Positions 1 to 11,600 of a DNA stretch of 64,000 nucleotides are shown here, piece after piece. The stretch spans positions 1-64,000 of the forward strand of contig CDRNST010000087.1 of assembly GCA_977016875.1 (NCBI GenBank). Reading direction: 5' to 3'. The first letter of the stretch is position 1, and the number at the start of each line of letters is the position of its first letter. Under the pieces are notes generated by a model. It was given only the letters and a program-made list of their open reading frames with translations. It searched no databases and had not been told where the DNA came from. Both the position numbers and the translations under genes were made by a program. This DNA is from Pavona decussata (taxonomy: Eukaryota).

Positions 1-7
1 AGCCTCC

Positions 8-1570
8 TTGAAAGACCATAAGGACAATTTCCATAACAACCCTACATGCCGCCTGATAAACCCATCGAAATCAGAGATCGGCAAATTAAGCAAACAGATT
101 CTCGACACGATAAATAAAACCATCGTCGAAAGAACTGGCGTTCTGCAATGGAAAAACACAAGGGCAGCACTGGTCTGGTTCAATAGTATCCCAAACAAAA
201 AACAACACTCTTTCATCGCCTTCGACATCGTCAATTTCTATCCATCAATCTCAGAAAAACTCTTAAACGACGCCCTTTCATTCGCGGCCTGCTACACCGA
301 CATCTCTGCCGAAGAAAGAAAAATAATCCTCCACAGTAAACAGTCGCTATTGTTTAACGATAATACCCCATGGGCCAAGAAAAACGCGTCAAATTCATCT
401 GATGTAACAATGGGCTCATTTGATGGTGCTGAGACCTGCGAACTAGTGGGGTCATACCTGCTAAACCAGCTACCCGGAGGCATTAAAAATCACGTGGGCC
501 TCTACCGAGATGACGGCCTGGATGCATTCCAACTAGCACCACGACAAATCGAAAGAATCAAAAAGGACATTTGCAATGTGTTTTCAGACAATGGTTTGAA
601 AATCACAATTGAAGTAAACAAAAAGATCATCAACTTCCTCGACGTCACTTTGAACCTGAACAATGGCTCGTACGAACCATACTCAAAGCCTAACAACACC
701 CCTCTATACGTGCACCGCGAGAGCAACCATCCACCTTCCATAATTAAAAACATCCCGCTCGCGATCAACAAGCGTCTCAATGAAATCTCGTCATCTAAAG
801 AGTCGTTCGACAAAGCGGCGCCTGTGTATCAAGAGGCCCTAACAAAAAGCGGCTACGAACACAAACTAGAATTCAGTGAAGCAGCCAACGAACAGCCACG
901 CGACAGAAGGAACAGGCGAAGAAACATAACCTGGTACAATCCGCCCTTCAGCAAGCACGTGAAGACCAACGTGGGAAAGAAATTCCTGAGCATTGTGAAG
1001 GGTTCTTTCCCAAAGGGCCACCCGCTGAAGAAAATATTTAACAAAAACACGCTTAGGATAAGCTACTCGTGCATGCCCAACTTGCAAAGTAAAATAAGCG
1101 CGCACAACAAGAACATGCTTAAAGGCGATGAAACAACCACAACCAGAACATGTAATTGTAGGGTCAAGGCAAAATGCCCTTTAGCCGAAGAATGCTTGAC
1201 AAAAAACGTCATCTATCAGGCTGTCGTAACAACCCCCCATGGGAAGGAATCTTACGTGGGTCTTACCGCGACTGAATTTAAGACTCGCTACCGAAACCAC
1301 CTGTCGTCTTTCAAAGACCCGAAGAAAAAGAACGCAACGGAGCTGAGTAAGCATATCTGGCGCCTAAAAGAAAACAACATAGAATTTACCATCACGTGGG
1401 AAATAGTGGCACGGGCCAAGCCGTACTCAAACTCTAACAAAAAATGCAATCTTTGCACCACTGAGAAGTACTTCATCCTGTGCGAGCCGCATCGCAGTTC
1501 CCTAAACAAAAGAAACGAGTTAACAAGCACATGCCGGCACGCCAATGCATACCTGTTAAAACACGCATAA
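8..1570 (+). CDS. Penelope-like element ORF: reverse transcriptase plus C-terminal GIY-YIG endonuclease (5'-partial)
   Basis: RT motifs FDIVNFYPSI, MGSFDGAE, GLYRDDGL and FLDVTL. Linker CNCRVKAKC (CxCx5C), then VIYQA...ESYVGLT, FKTRYRNH and KKCNLCTTEK. The frame is open from the window edge, so the TTG at 8 is not a true start. Confidence 0.93.
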   Translation: MKDHKDNFHNNPTCRLINPSKSEIGKLSKQILDTINKTIVERTGVLQWKNTRAALVWFNSIPNKKQHSFIAFDIVNFYPSISEKLLNDALSFAACYTDISAEERKIILHSKQSLLFNDNTPWAKKNASNSSDVTMGSFDGAETCELVGSYLLNQLPGGIKNHVGLYRDDGLDAFQLAPRQIERIKKDICNVFSDNGLKITIEVNKKIINFLDVTLNLNNGSYEPYSKPNNTPLYVHRESNHPPSIIKNIPLAINKRLNEISSSKESFDKAAPVYQEALTKSGYEHKLEFSEAANEQPRDRRNRRRNITWYNPPFSKHVKTNVGKKFLSIVKGSFPKGHPLKKIFNKNTLRISYSCMPNLQSKISAHNKNMLKGDETTTTRTCNCRVKAKCPLAEECLTKNVIYQAVVTTPHGKESYVGLTATEFKTRYRNHLSSFKDPKKKNATELSKHIWRLKENNIEFTITWEIVARAKPYSNSNKKCNLCTTEKYFILCEPHRSSLNKRNELTSTCRHANAYLLKHA

Positions 1571-1610
1571 AACCCTCGCTATAAAAGACCAGATCTTGGC
1601 CATTCAACTC

Positions 1611-1658
1611 GCACCTGAAGAGAGAAGGCAACGCTTTTTCGAAACAGGCCTGTCGTGC
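1611..1658 (+). ncRNA. Minimal type I hammerhead ribozyme
   Basis: GCAC-CTGAAGA-GAGAAGGC-AAC-GCTTTTTC-GAAA-CAGGCCTG-TC-GTGC. Core intact, 4-bp stem I, 8-bp stem II, palindromic stem III, predicted cleavage after GUC at 1654. Confidence 0.88.
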
Positions 1659-2298
1659 CTCAGTTTTTCCTGAACATGGACTGATTACTTAACTACAAAG
1701 CTCCTTACTGTTGAGCACTTTACGAATCTAAGGAAAAGCAACTTTACATATATTTATATATATGTATGTTTGTTTATATATTTCGTTGAAGGTGTCCGCA
1801 CTGTTGCCTAGCAACAGTGAAAAACAAAGTATGAATGACGTCAGACTGTCTGGCGTCGTCTGGAACAAAATTTGCATACATCGGGAAAGTTTGCGTGCCG
1901 GACCAAATTTCAACTGCAATGTTCATCAATATTCACTGGATACAGAACTATCTCTCCAGAATCTTTTCCCTTTCTTCCAGAAATCTTTTTTGTGAAAGAT
2001 TGCATTGAAGAAATTACACGTTTTGTGGCCGCGGTAAAATAATTTTCCGTGGGAAACAAGAGAGGATTCATCCTCTCTTGGTGGGAAATAAATTTATCGA
2101 ACACGACAGCGCTTCACGCACGTTGTACATTTCGTCGGGTCAGAAATAGATTTTCAACCGCAAACTAGCCTGTGGAACCTCGAAAATACCATGCTCATCA
2201 AAATAGTTGCCATGTTCAGAAACCTTTTAATCTCCTCATTTGATGCTACAATACGAGTAAAGAGGGCTTTCCACCCAGCCCCAGCCTCGCGAGGTTTT

Positions 2299-2497
2299 NN
2301 NNNNNNNNNNNNNNNNNNNNNNNNNNNNNNNNNNNNNNNNNNNNNNNNNNNNNNNNNNNNNNNNNNNNNNNNNNNNNNNNNNNNNNNNNNNNNNNNNNNN
2401 NNNNNNNNNNNNNNNNNNNNNNNNNNNNNNNNNNNNNNNNNNNNNNNNNNNNNNNNNNNNNNNNNNNNNNNNNNNNNNNNNNNNNNNNNNNNNNNNN
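2299..2497. other. Assembly gap (199 N)
   Basis: Run of n. Confidence 1.
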
Positions 2498-2631
2498 TGA
2501 GGGAGAACGAGTGTAGACGAAGGGAAAGGAGACCAGCTAATCGCTTTTTATTCGTTCTTCTACCCACTATGGAACCTTTTCACTTACTTACACGCCCTAA
2601 CAAAATATTCAACTAAAACACATCAGCACAC

Positions 2632-5600
2632 CTGTAGCCAGAGTCTGTACGTTCTGTATATCCGACAGACCGTTGTAATGAGTGTTGTGTACACGTATCC
2701 TGAAGTTGTACATCTTGTAAGGGGACAGGTCTCTCACGACAAAACGCCTTGATAGGTTCACATTTATTCCGCTGACTGGCATGGCTGTGGGACAGCCGAC
2801 GGCACAGGATTCGTGGTATAGGACCTCGTAACTGTAGACGAAAGAGACATTAAGTCTAGCATCGATTTAAGCCCAAAATAAAATCGTATACTTTTGAAAA
2901 CACAAAATAAGTCAAACGAACCTACTGGATTACAACAACCGGTGCTTAATTGCGATTTCTGCAGCATGAAGCCACTATAGGAGCATTACTACTCCAGTAA
3001 CTTCGTCTGGACATAAAACTGACGATTAGGCTGACCCTTTGTCAGTACCCACTTAAAACAAATAACACCGGAGATGAAAAACGCTCAATTTGATCAGTGG
3101 GATTAAACGTGCCCCTTTTAAATTTAGACTACGAACATTCCCTTATTTTTTCTTAGGAATAGTAACACATGTAAAACCAATACAGGTAGCTAATGTAGTT
3201 CCTGCTTTAAGTTTTAAAGAACGCCCTTAACACCCCCCACCCCTCCCAGGAGCAGTTAGAGAGGTCTGACGTGTTAACTTCTTACCATACCTCATCACCT
3301 TGACAATAAATGAAGCTTTGAAAGTTCATAGAAAAAGCAACAATTCTCAAAAGCTTTATCAACCGACTTAAAGCAGAGCCAGTCTTTCCATATGAGGCAG
3401 AGCAAACGAATGAACAAGCAAACCAAGCAAGCAAGCAAACAAACAAAAAACAAAACCGAACAATAACAAGTACAGCAACTCACCGCTGAATGATTCCATT
3501 GGGTTTCCCTGGCTCGTCCCATTCCAACACAATGGTAGTCGCATTTATCTCGACCGCGCGCGGACCAGGGAACTGGGCCGGATCTCCCTCAGAAGTCCTC
3601 CAGTTGACAGTAGGCCCCCCAGCGCACCCCCCGTCAGTACACGCGAGAACACGTAACACGTAGTCCGTGAAAGGTTGAAGCCCGAAGACTTCACGAACAG
3701 AAGTCAGCCCTTCTGACTGATTTTTTCCAGAGACTTCTAGTATATAATTCCGTATTTCACCATTAGGAATACCAGGAGCAAGAATTTGCACTTCCAATCC
3801 GTAAGGATTTGTTTTAGTTACACGCGGTGGTTTCAGCTGCTCTGGAGGCGCGCTAAGTGTTTGCACAACCGACCCGGCGCTCGTCGTCTCACCCGCGCTG
3901 TTTGCGGAGACGATTCGATACTCGTATTTGAAATACGGTTTCACGGTTGAATCGTTAAACGCTAACGCAGAGCCATTTGTGACGTTCGCAACAGACATTT
4001 CCGGGCCATACACGAGAGGCTGATTGCCAGACAGTCCAACACCACGCCGGTATAGTGTGTACAGCAAGATGAATCCGTGGGGCTTTTGCGGCTCATTCCA
4101 AGTGACCAATACTCCCCGCGCGGTTATATGCAAGGGTGGGAAATCCGGAGGGGTCTGACCCTCGGGTGCTGCTTCAGATGTCCGTGCGAACTTTGCCTCT
4201 CCTGTGCTGCACCCTTCTTTGGTGCAAGCTCGAATCCTGACTTCGTAAAGTGTATAGGGAAGAAGACCTTCCAAAGTGACCTCCTTAGAAAGGCCTGCAA
4301 ATTTGATCTGCGCGTTTCCTTGGGATCCCATTAAACTATACAACACTTCATATCTCGTAATCACACCATTTGGGATCCCCGGAGTATCCCAAGTCACCTT
4401 CAGGGATGTTGCGCTGAGAACCTCAAGAGTTGGCGCACTAACGTTATCGGGGGCTCCCGGGTTTGTGGCAGGGCTGAATCCAGGTGGGCTTGTCACGCGG
4501 TCCGCAGAATTCACTGCTGTAACAAAGTAGGCATAAACGGTGAAGGGAGCAACAGTGTGGTCGTTAAATCGCAGATCAGTGCCGTTGTAAACCTGAGTTC
4601 CGTTACGTGTAAGAATATAGTACAAGATAAAACCGTTTGGCTTTAGAGGCGCGCTCCATTCTACACGCACAAATGCTGACCCACCAACCGTGGCCGTTGG
4701 TGCAGCGAGACCTCGGGGAGCTGACTCTTTAGTGCGGACTTCAGCTGCTGGACCCTGCGTACATCCCACGACAGTACAAGCTTTGATGTAAAATGAATAC
4801 CTCGTGTAAGGCTCCTTATTGCTTATAGTGAACGACATATCAAGGCCAGTATGAAGCGGTGAACTTTCCCCAACCTGGTATAGCTCATACCGGGTGATAA
4901 TTCCATTTGGTTTGTCTGGCGTCCTCCAGGATATCCTTATAGCCAACGCACTGAGTGCTTCCAAATCCGGAGGATGCACTCCAGAGGGTGCGGCCTGAGC
5001 TGTGCGACGGTTTGATGGCGAACTCATCGTACAGCCTCCCCCTGTGCAAACCTCAACAGTGTAGCTATAAACGGTGTAAGGCTCCAAACCTCGATCCAGG
5101 AAGCTCAAATCATTTCTCTTGTGCTTTATAGAACCGTTACGGAACACAAAATAATACTGAATCACGCCATTAGGCTCCAGTGGTTTCGTCCACGACACGT
5201 TCAAGGAATGCGCGTCCACGTGCGTGACAAGCGGGGCATCCATAGACATGGGAGGCGCTTCGTTTGTTGTCACGACAACTGGGTCACTGTCAGTAGAACC
5301 TCCGTTGTTCACTGCGCGCACGGTATAGCTGTAACGTGTGTACGGTTTCAGTCCAGTGTCGGTATACTGATAATCCGTCTTGTTTGTATCATTAGTGGAG
5401 TAAATTAGAGAGGATGGCGTGACAGCGCGCTTTCTCCGCTGCTGAACTGGCGTGACTGTTCTAAGAAGCTCATAGCGAATTATGACCCCATTAGGAACAA
5501 CTGGCGGCTTCCAGCTGACCTGTATAGCAGTTGCGTTTTTGAAAGCAACCAAGGGCGGGGCTTGGCCTTGAGGGTTCACTTCTGCAGAGAAAATAACCTG

Positions 5601-8600
5601 CGAAGATCCCCGGGTACAGCCTGCAGGGGTGCATGCTTCTAACTGGAACTCATACGCAGTGTAAGGAACAAGTCTCGAAACCCTGTACTCGCGCGATGCG
5701 CCGCGGTATATCTGGACGCCATCTTGGTACAGATAGTAGTGTGTGATGACACCGTTAGGACTTCCGGGTTCGTCCCAGAAGATACGCATGCTCTTACCAT
5801 CTGCTGCTTTGTCAGCTTGCAGAGGTCGCAGGTTTGCTGGCGGAGCTTGCTTCGTCTTTGCTGTCGCCCAAGAACTCGTACCCTCACGGCGACTGTTAAT
5901 GGCAGCGACCAGAAACTGATAATCGGTGTGCGCCTTTAAGTCGTTTACCGTCACGTTGAAGCGGTCACTTGTAACACGCGCTGCTACGGTGATGTTACTA
6001 TTGTCGGGAACTTGCAATTCTTCTCGGTAACGCACTTCATAGTGCGTGACAATACCGTTAGGCTCAGCGGGTGCAGTCCATGATACATAAATAGCGGAAG
6101 AATTGAGTACATTAAGCGAGGGTGGATTAATACCCTGAGGGGGTCCCTCGAGGGTGCGTACGTCCCTCCAAGGCCCGTCCACAAAACCAGCACTGTTAAT
6201 AGCTCTTACGTTAAAAGAGTACACAGTGTACCCCTTCAAACCACTGTGCAAGCAAGTTAGCTGTGATTGTGATATCAAGCACACAGCTATTGGCGCACCG
6301 TTTCCAATTCTGCGATAAACCCTGTATTGGGTGATGATTCCATTGGGAGAGCTGGGAGGTGACCACGAGATCTGAACAACAGCCCACTCCTGTGCTACTA
6401 ATGTAGGTGCTCCTTGGCCTACTGGCGGCGCCTCGTTCGTCCTTGCATGTTCCCGCTCCCCTAGTCCGCAGCCTTTAACCGTGCACGCCTTGACCCGAGC
6501 GGAGTACACAGTGAAAGGATTCAGTCCCGTGATTAGCTTGCTCCTGTTCAGCCCCACATTGTGCTCAGTGCCATTCACAATCACTGAATAACTCGTGATG
6601 ACGCCGTTCGGCTGACCAGGCACGTCCCATTCCGCAAAAATACTCTCAGCACTCCGCGCAGAAAGACGCGGCTTGGGAATAGCCTCTGGAGAACTCTCCG
6701 GGGTAGTGGCAGTGGTGATACCGCTATGCGTGGTACCCCCGCCAGTAGTGGCAGCCACCGAGTAGTCGTAGGTGGTTACTGGCTTTAAACCCTTGTCCTG
6801 AAATGTACAAACGTCTTTACCTTGGCTGTTTTTATAGCAGACATCTGTACCGTTATAAACAAGCGAGTTGTTTCTGTATAGCGAGTATTTTACTATCACA
6901 CCATTCAAAACATCTGGCTCTGTCCACGTAGCTTCGATCTCCCGTGCACTGGTTACAGTTAGATTTGGAGCATGGACACCATCAGGTGGCGCCTGCAGTG
7001 TCAGGGTAGAAGCCAGCGGACTTGCTGTACAGCCCACTTTGGTACAAGCGATCACTTCAAATGTGTAGTTCGTATACGGTTGTAAACCACCAATCACTAG
7101 GCTCATGCCCAGTCCCTTGTCGTTGGGATTTAAATGAATCTTGAAAGTACTGTTTAAAACACGGCTTACGTTATAACGGATGATTTCCCCATTGGGCTTG
7201 GGAGGACTCACCCACGTCACATTTATCGCACTGTAGTTAACCGGAAGCAAAATTGTGGCGTTTACATAAGCAGGAGCGGCCTGATCAGTGTAGATCAGTG
7301 ACGACATTTCTGCAGATGCACATTGTGTCGTACAAGCCTCGATGACGTAGCGATACCCAGTAAAAGGCTCTAGCGCACGGTCTGTAAATGTCATATTGAG
7401 ACCGGTGTATACCACCCGGCGCTGCCCAGTTTGTCCGTTAATTCGGGTGAGTCTGTACTCCTTAATAACACCGTTTGGTTGTGATGGCTTCTTCCAAGTC
7501 ACTCGCACTTCAGATGAAGAAATCGCGACAGCAACTGGCGGCGTGAGACCTTCAGGTCGCCCCATTAATGTGCGGTTCTGCGTAACACCACTTGAAATGT
7601 TCCCTACCCTGTTTATAGCTACAAGGTAATAATCGTAAAGAGTATGCGGTGAGAGGTTGGTGTCGTTGTAAAACCTAAGATTTGGATTGATTTGATTCTT
7701 GAGAACTTCCTCGTAACTTGTCGCGCAAATCCGTGGCACAACAGTGGTTGGTGAAGGGTTGTAATACCCAGGTACATAACCGCAATTTAATGTCGTGTTG
7801 TCAAAATCACACCGATCGCACATCGCCACACGTACGTCCGTCTTGTTGCAGATCGTACCCAGACCACAGCCTACCGTCCCGTTGCTTGATTTAGACGCGC
7901 ATGTCTGGTAACTAGGGTCGTAGCCACCTTCGTTGCAGCAGCTTAAACTCTTGGCTACTCGTTCCTTACCGCAGCACTTATGATTGGAGTTTGACTTGTC
8001 GGCTGCGCTGGTGTAGTTATACACCTGTGAAATAAAGGTTGATCACTTCAGAAATGGAATTTGTAAGGATTGTGCGTTGTTAAAGTTCAAATTCGACAGA
8101 ATGTTCCAGGTGACTTCAAAGTTAATTACCCTAATTGCCCTCACCGCTTCCCTTCAAAAATGCAATAGACATATCAACATATCAACAACCAAGACATAAC
8201 TGACATAGACCACTGCACCGGAGATTCAAAAGTCCTCTACTATTCTATTCTACAATGCTTCCTATTTTCAGTATTACCTTTTAACGATTACAGCCATAAA
8301 GCAGGTATACTCGAAGCAAACGAAACCCGCCCCAAAAAGATTTAGTTTCGTCGCTTGAGCATTTTGCGTACAGGAAAAGGTAATTGCCGGTCTTCACTGT
8401 CACACCATTGAAAAAAAATTGAAACCATTCCATGAATGAAGTCAAGAAATTGACATTTTATAGATGATAAATAAATAAGGATTCGTCCAAGTGTCAGGTC
8501 TGTGCGGTAATCCGTATTCGAGTTATTTGACAAAATGTTCCACACAAATTTATAGAGCTTAGTATGGAGACGCCATGTTGGTGTCCCTCAGAGGGACACA

Positions 8601-11600
8601 AACATGGCGGCCGGAAATAGGAAAAAACCTTTGGAGTTCACTTCCGCCAGAAAAGAGGTTTGTTTTCCCTTGTGAATGTTCGAATGTTTAGATAAATATT
8701 TCTCCTCAAATGTAAATTGATAAGAATGCTGAAAATCACCCGCAGAGTCATTTTTAAGATACAGAACAGCTCTGTCACGGCCGTCCATGAAAACTCGGAA
8801 ATTGAAACTGTTCTATTTTCAAAAGGAAGTACCACATCGAGAGAAGAAATTGTGGAAAGACCTATTTTTTGGTAATTTTTCCTTGAATGAAGGTAAAAAT
8901 TTTGTAGGCCTCCCGGTTTTGAATTCTAGAATTTGGTGACGTCACGTGAAAATCAAGAATTAGTTTTAATTTAAGCACAGCTTGGACGAAAAAAAGAAAG
9001 CTAAAATTTCCATGACAGGTGCTGTACCACCTCACGAAACGACAACCTGAATACTTACCACAACATCACCCGCTGATCCCTTGCAGCACAGGCTCGTATC
9101 ATTAGAAACGTACTGACTTCCGCAACATATTTTTCTGGAGTCCTGGTCGTACGCTGTCCCAAGTGTTTCGTCACCACAGCAGACCTGTACAGGGGCGACA
9201 ACTTTCCCACCACAGCACTTCCTGGGTGGTATGGGATCGTACAGCACACCGCACACGCAAACTTTGTTCCCTCTGATATAATAAGGGGTGTCCCCACAGC
9301 AAGCATCGCCTTGCCCCACCACTCTACCCCCCTGCGATGTCGGGCAACAAATACTGCCTGAAGGAACCCGGATGTAGTCGCCATAGCAACACTTAAACTC
9401 GGACCGCTGGATATGAAAGGCGTTTCCACAGCACACGTCGGAAGGAGTATTCTTGCGAAGATAGTTTGTGCCACAGCAGGTTTTGGATGGGTCACGCGTA
9501 TGAAGAACGCCATTACAGCACATCTACAAATAAGGCGAGCCAAAATTGTTTAGAGTGACTTTGTAATGATGAAATATTATAGACAATAAAATACATCATC
9601 TCAAGGATTACGGTTCAACAATCCATCATCATCATCATCATTATCATTATTTACCCACAGTATCACAACCATGTACAAAAGAAAGGTCTTTCTGAGAGCC
9701 CTGCTAACCATCATAACAATACAACTTAACCGATTAATGAAGCTGTAGCCCTTGGACTCCAGATCGAACAAGAAATATATTAAATTATATTGTTTTTTTG
9801 TGGAGGTACGCTGATCCCATAGGATTTCTTTATTCTTTACCCTCAAGCAGAATTGCGCCGCGAAGCGGTGACAAGCTTTAGTCGTTACTGTTCGTTGCCA
9901 ACGCTTCGCGGCTCAATTTTTTTTTTTTTTCAGGAAAAAAGGAAAAAAAAAGAAGAAGAGAGAAATACGGAAGAAAAAACCTCTTGCAACAAGAAGAACC
10001 AACAAGAAACTTAACCCCAGTTAGGATTCAGGGAATTGATGCGCATACTGCGAGCAGCCGTCTTCAGATTTTACACGCGAGAGGGAAGGAAAGGGAGAGA
10101 TTGCTGGTTGAGGATTTGGAAAAAAAAAACAAGGGAGCTTTGGGAGGCTGGTGAGCGTTTTCAGATCAGATCGCTCATTTGATCAATCCGAAAAACTGTT
10201 TAGATTCTGTTGAGAAAAGAAATCTGAGAGAGATCTTAAAAATTCTATTTTTGAGTTAAAATTTTCCCTGAATAAAAGGACGAAATGCAATACAAGCAGA
10301 ACTGCGCAAAAATCTTTTTTTGCTATCGTTGTGAGTGGGAAACTGTCCTTAAGAAAAGATACTTTAATGAATTCTTTCTTCTAACCAATTTGATTGGTCT
10401 AAAGATAAAAACAATACAAGCAAAGTCACTACGTCACTATGACGGCTTCCCTTTGTAGAAGACTTCACTCATGTTTATTGACTGCGACTGAATGTGGCTT
10501 TACTGGACATACCACGACGACTTACCTGATTGGCTGGATTGTAACACGTGACATCGCACAATTGCTCGGATAGGTGACATTCAATGAAAGTACATTTAGC
10601 TTTGGGAGGAGGACTGAAAACGAACAAAAGTTATGTAATCAGATTGGCGGTTAAAAATGACTGCGTGCAATATTGCTTATCACAAGAAAAATTCAGATAA
10701 ATACCTTGTTGGACACGGGTAAACCATTCTTCGGAAAACCTGATAACCAGACATGATTCCATTTGGACGCGAAGGAGGTTCTGAAAATTAAAAACAACAA
10801 TATTGAAAGACGTCACCGCACGCATTTTGTCTTGTACTCCAAAAACAGCCTCTCGATTTAAAAGTTACTTACAAATTTATTCCAAAAACACAATTGTTTC
10901 AAGCAAACATTTTGAAAACGATTTCTCACTCACCCCACCGGACTTCAATGAAAGTTGAGCCTGCGGTAAGCTGTGGCGGAGAGAAACCTGTCGGAGCTAA
11001 TGACAAACAAACAACAAAAGAAATAATTAGAACTTTTACCATAAAAGAAGGTAATGTGTCAAAGACAACTCCATTTCACATCACAAGTGATAAAGGTAGC
11101 GAGGCTCTCGAATACAGAACCACAGCAGCTCGTCGTCTTTCACTTTGCAATAAACTGACGAAAAAGGAACATGGTTGGCACGCCTGTATGGCACACGGCA
11201 AGAATGCATCATGCTGTCAAACAAGTTCTTGACCTTTAATCTATGAAAACTGGGCGGGGTAAGCCTTGTTGACACGCATTTTTGCTTGCCTGTAACTGAA
11301 AACGTAGTTTTCGTCGTTTTAATTTAGTTCACATGAAAGCGATAAAAAATTCACCTAAGACAGATTTTTGAAAACGTTGCCCTGAGTGGAAGTGGCTGGA
11401 AACGTAATTTATCAATTGATGTGTGGACAGCAAAACGGACAGAGACAAGGTTTTATACACGCGGCTTGGACGACAAGGACGTTTTCGGGGGGAGGGGGGT
11501 GGAACAAAAGTTAAAACTGCATCAGAGAGAGTCGACTAAAAAGTAACATTATTACTTCACGTGTCCATGTAGCTCAATTGTTACGTATAAAAAGACGTGC

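Larger units (their letters stand above)
1..1750 (+). mobile_element. Penelope-like retrotransposon (ORF plus 3' pseudo-LTR), probably intronic and antisense to usherin
   Basis: RT-GIY-YIG ORF, TATAAAA at 1580-1586, hammerhead at 1611-1658, then a TA-rich run near 1747-1780. Confidence 0.88.

Noticed and set aside
2154-2616. ORFs spanning N-runs (also 16278-16569)
   Set aside because: Artefacts of assembly gaps.
4077-7629. Short ORFs overlapping usherin exons in other frames or on the other strand
   Set aside because: Shadow ORFs of GC-richer coding sequence with no recognisable motifs.
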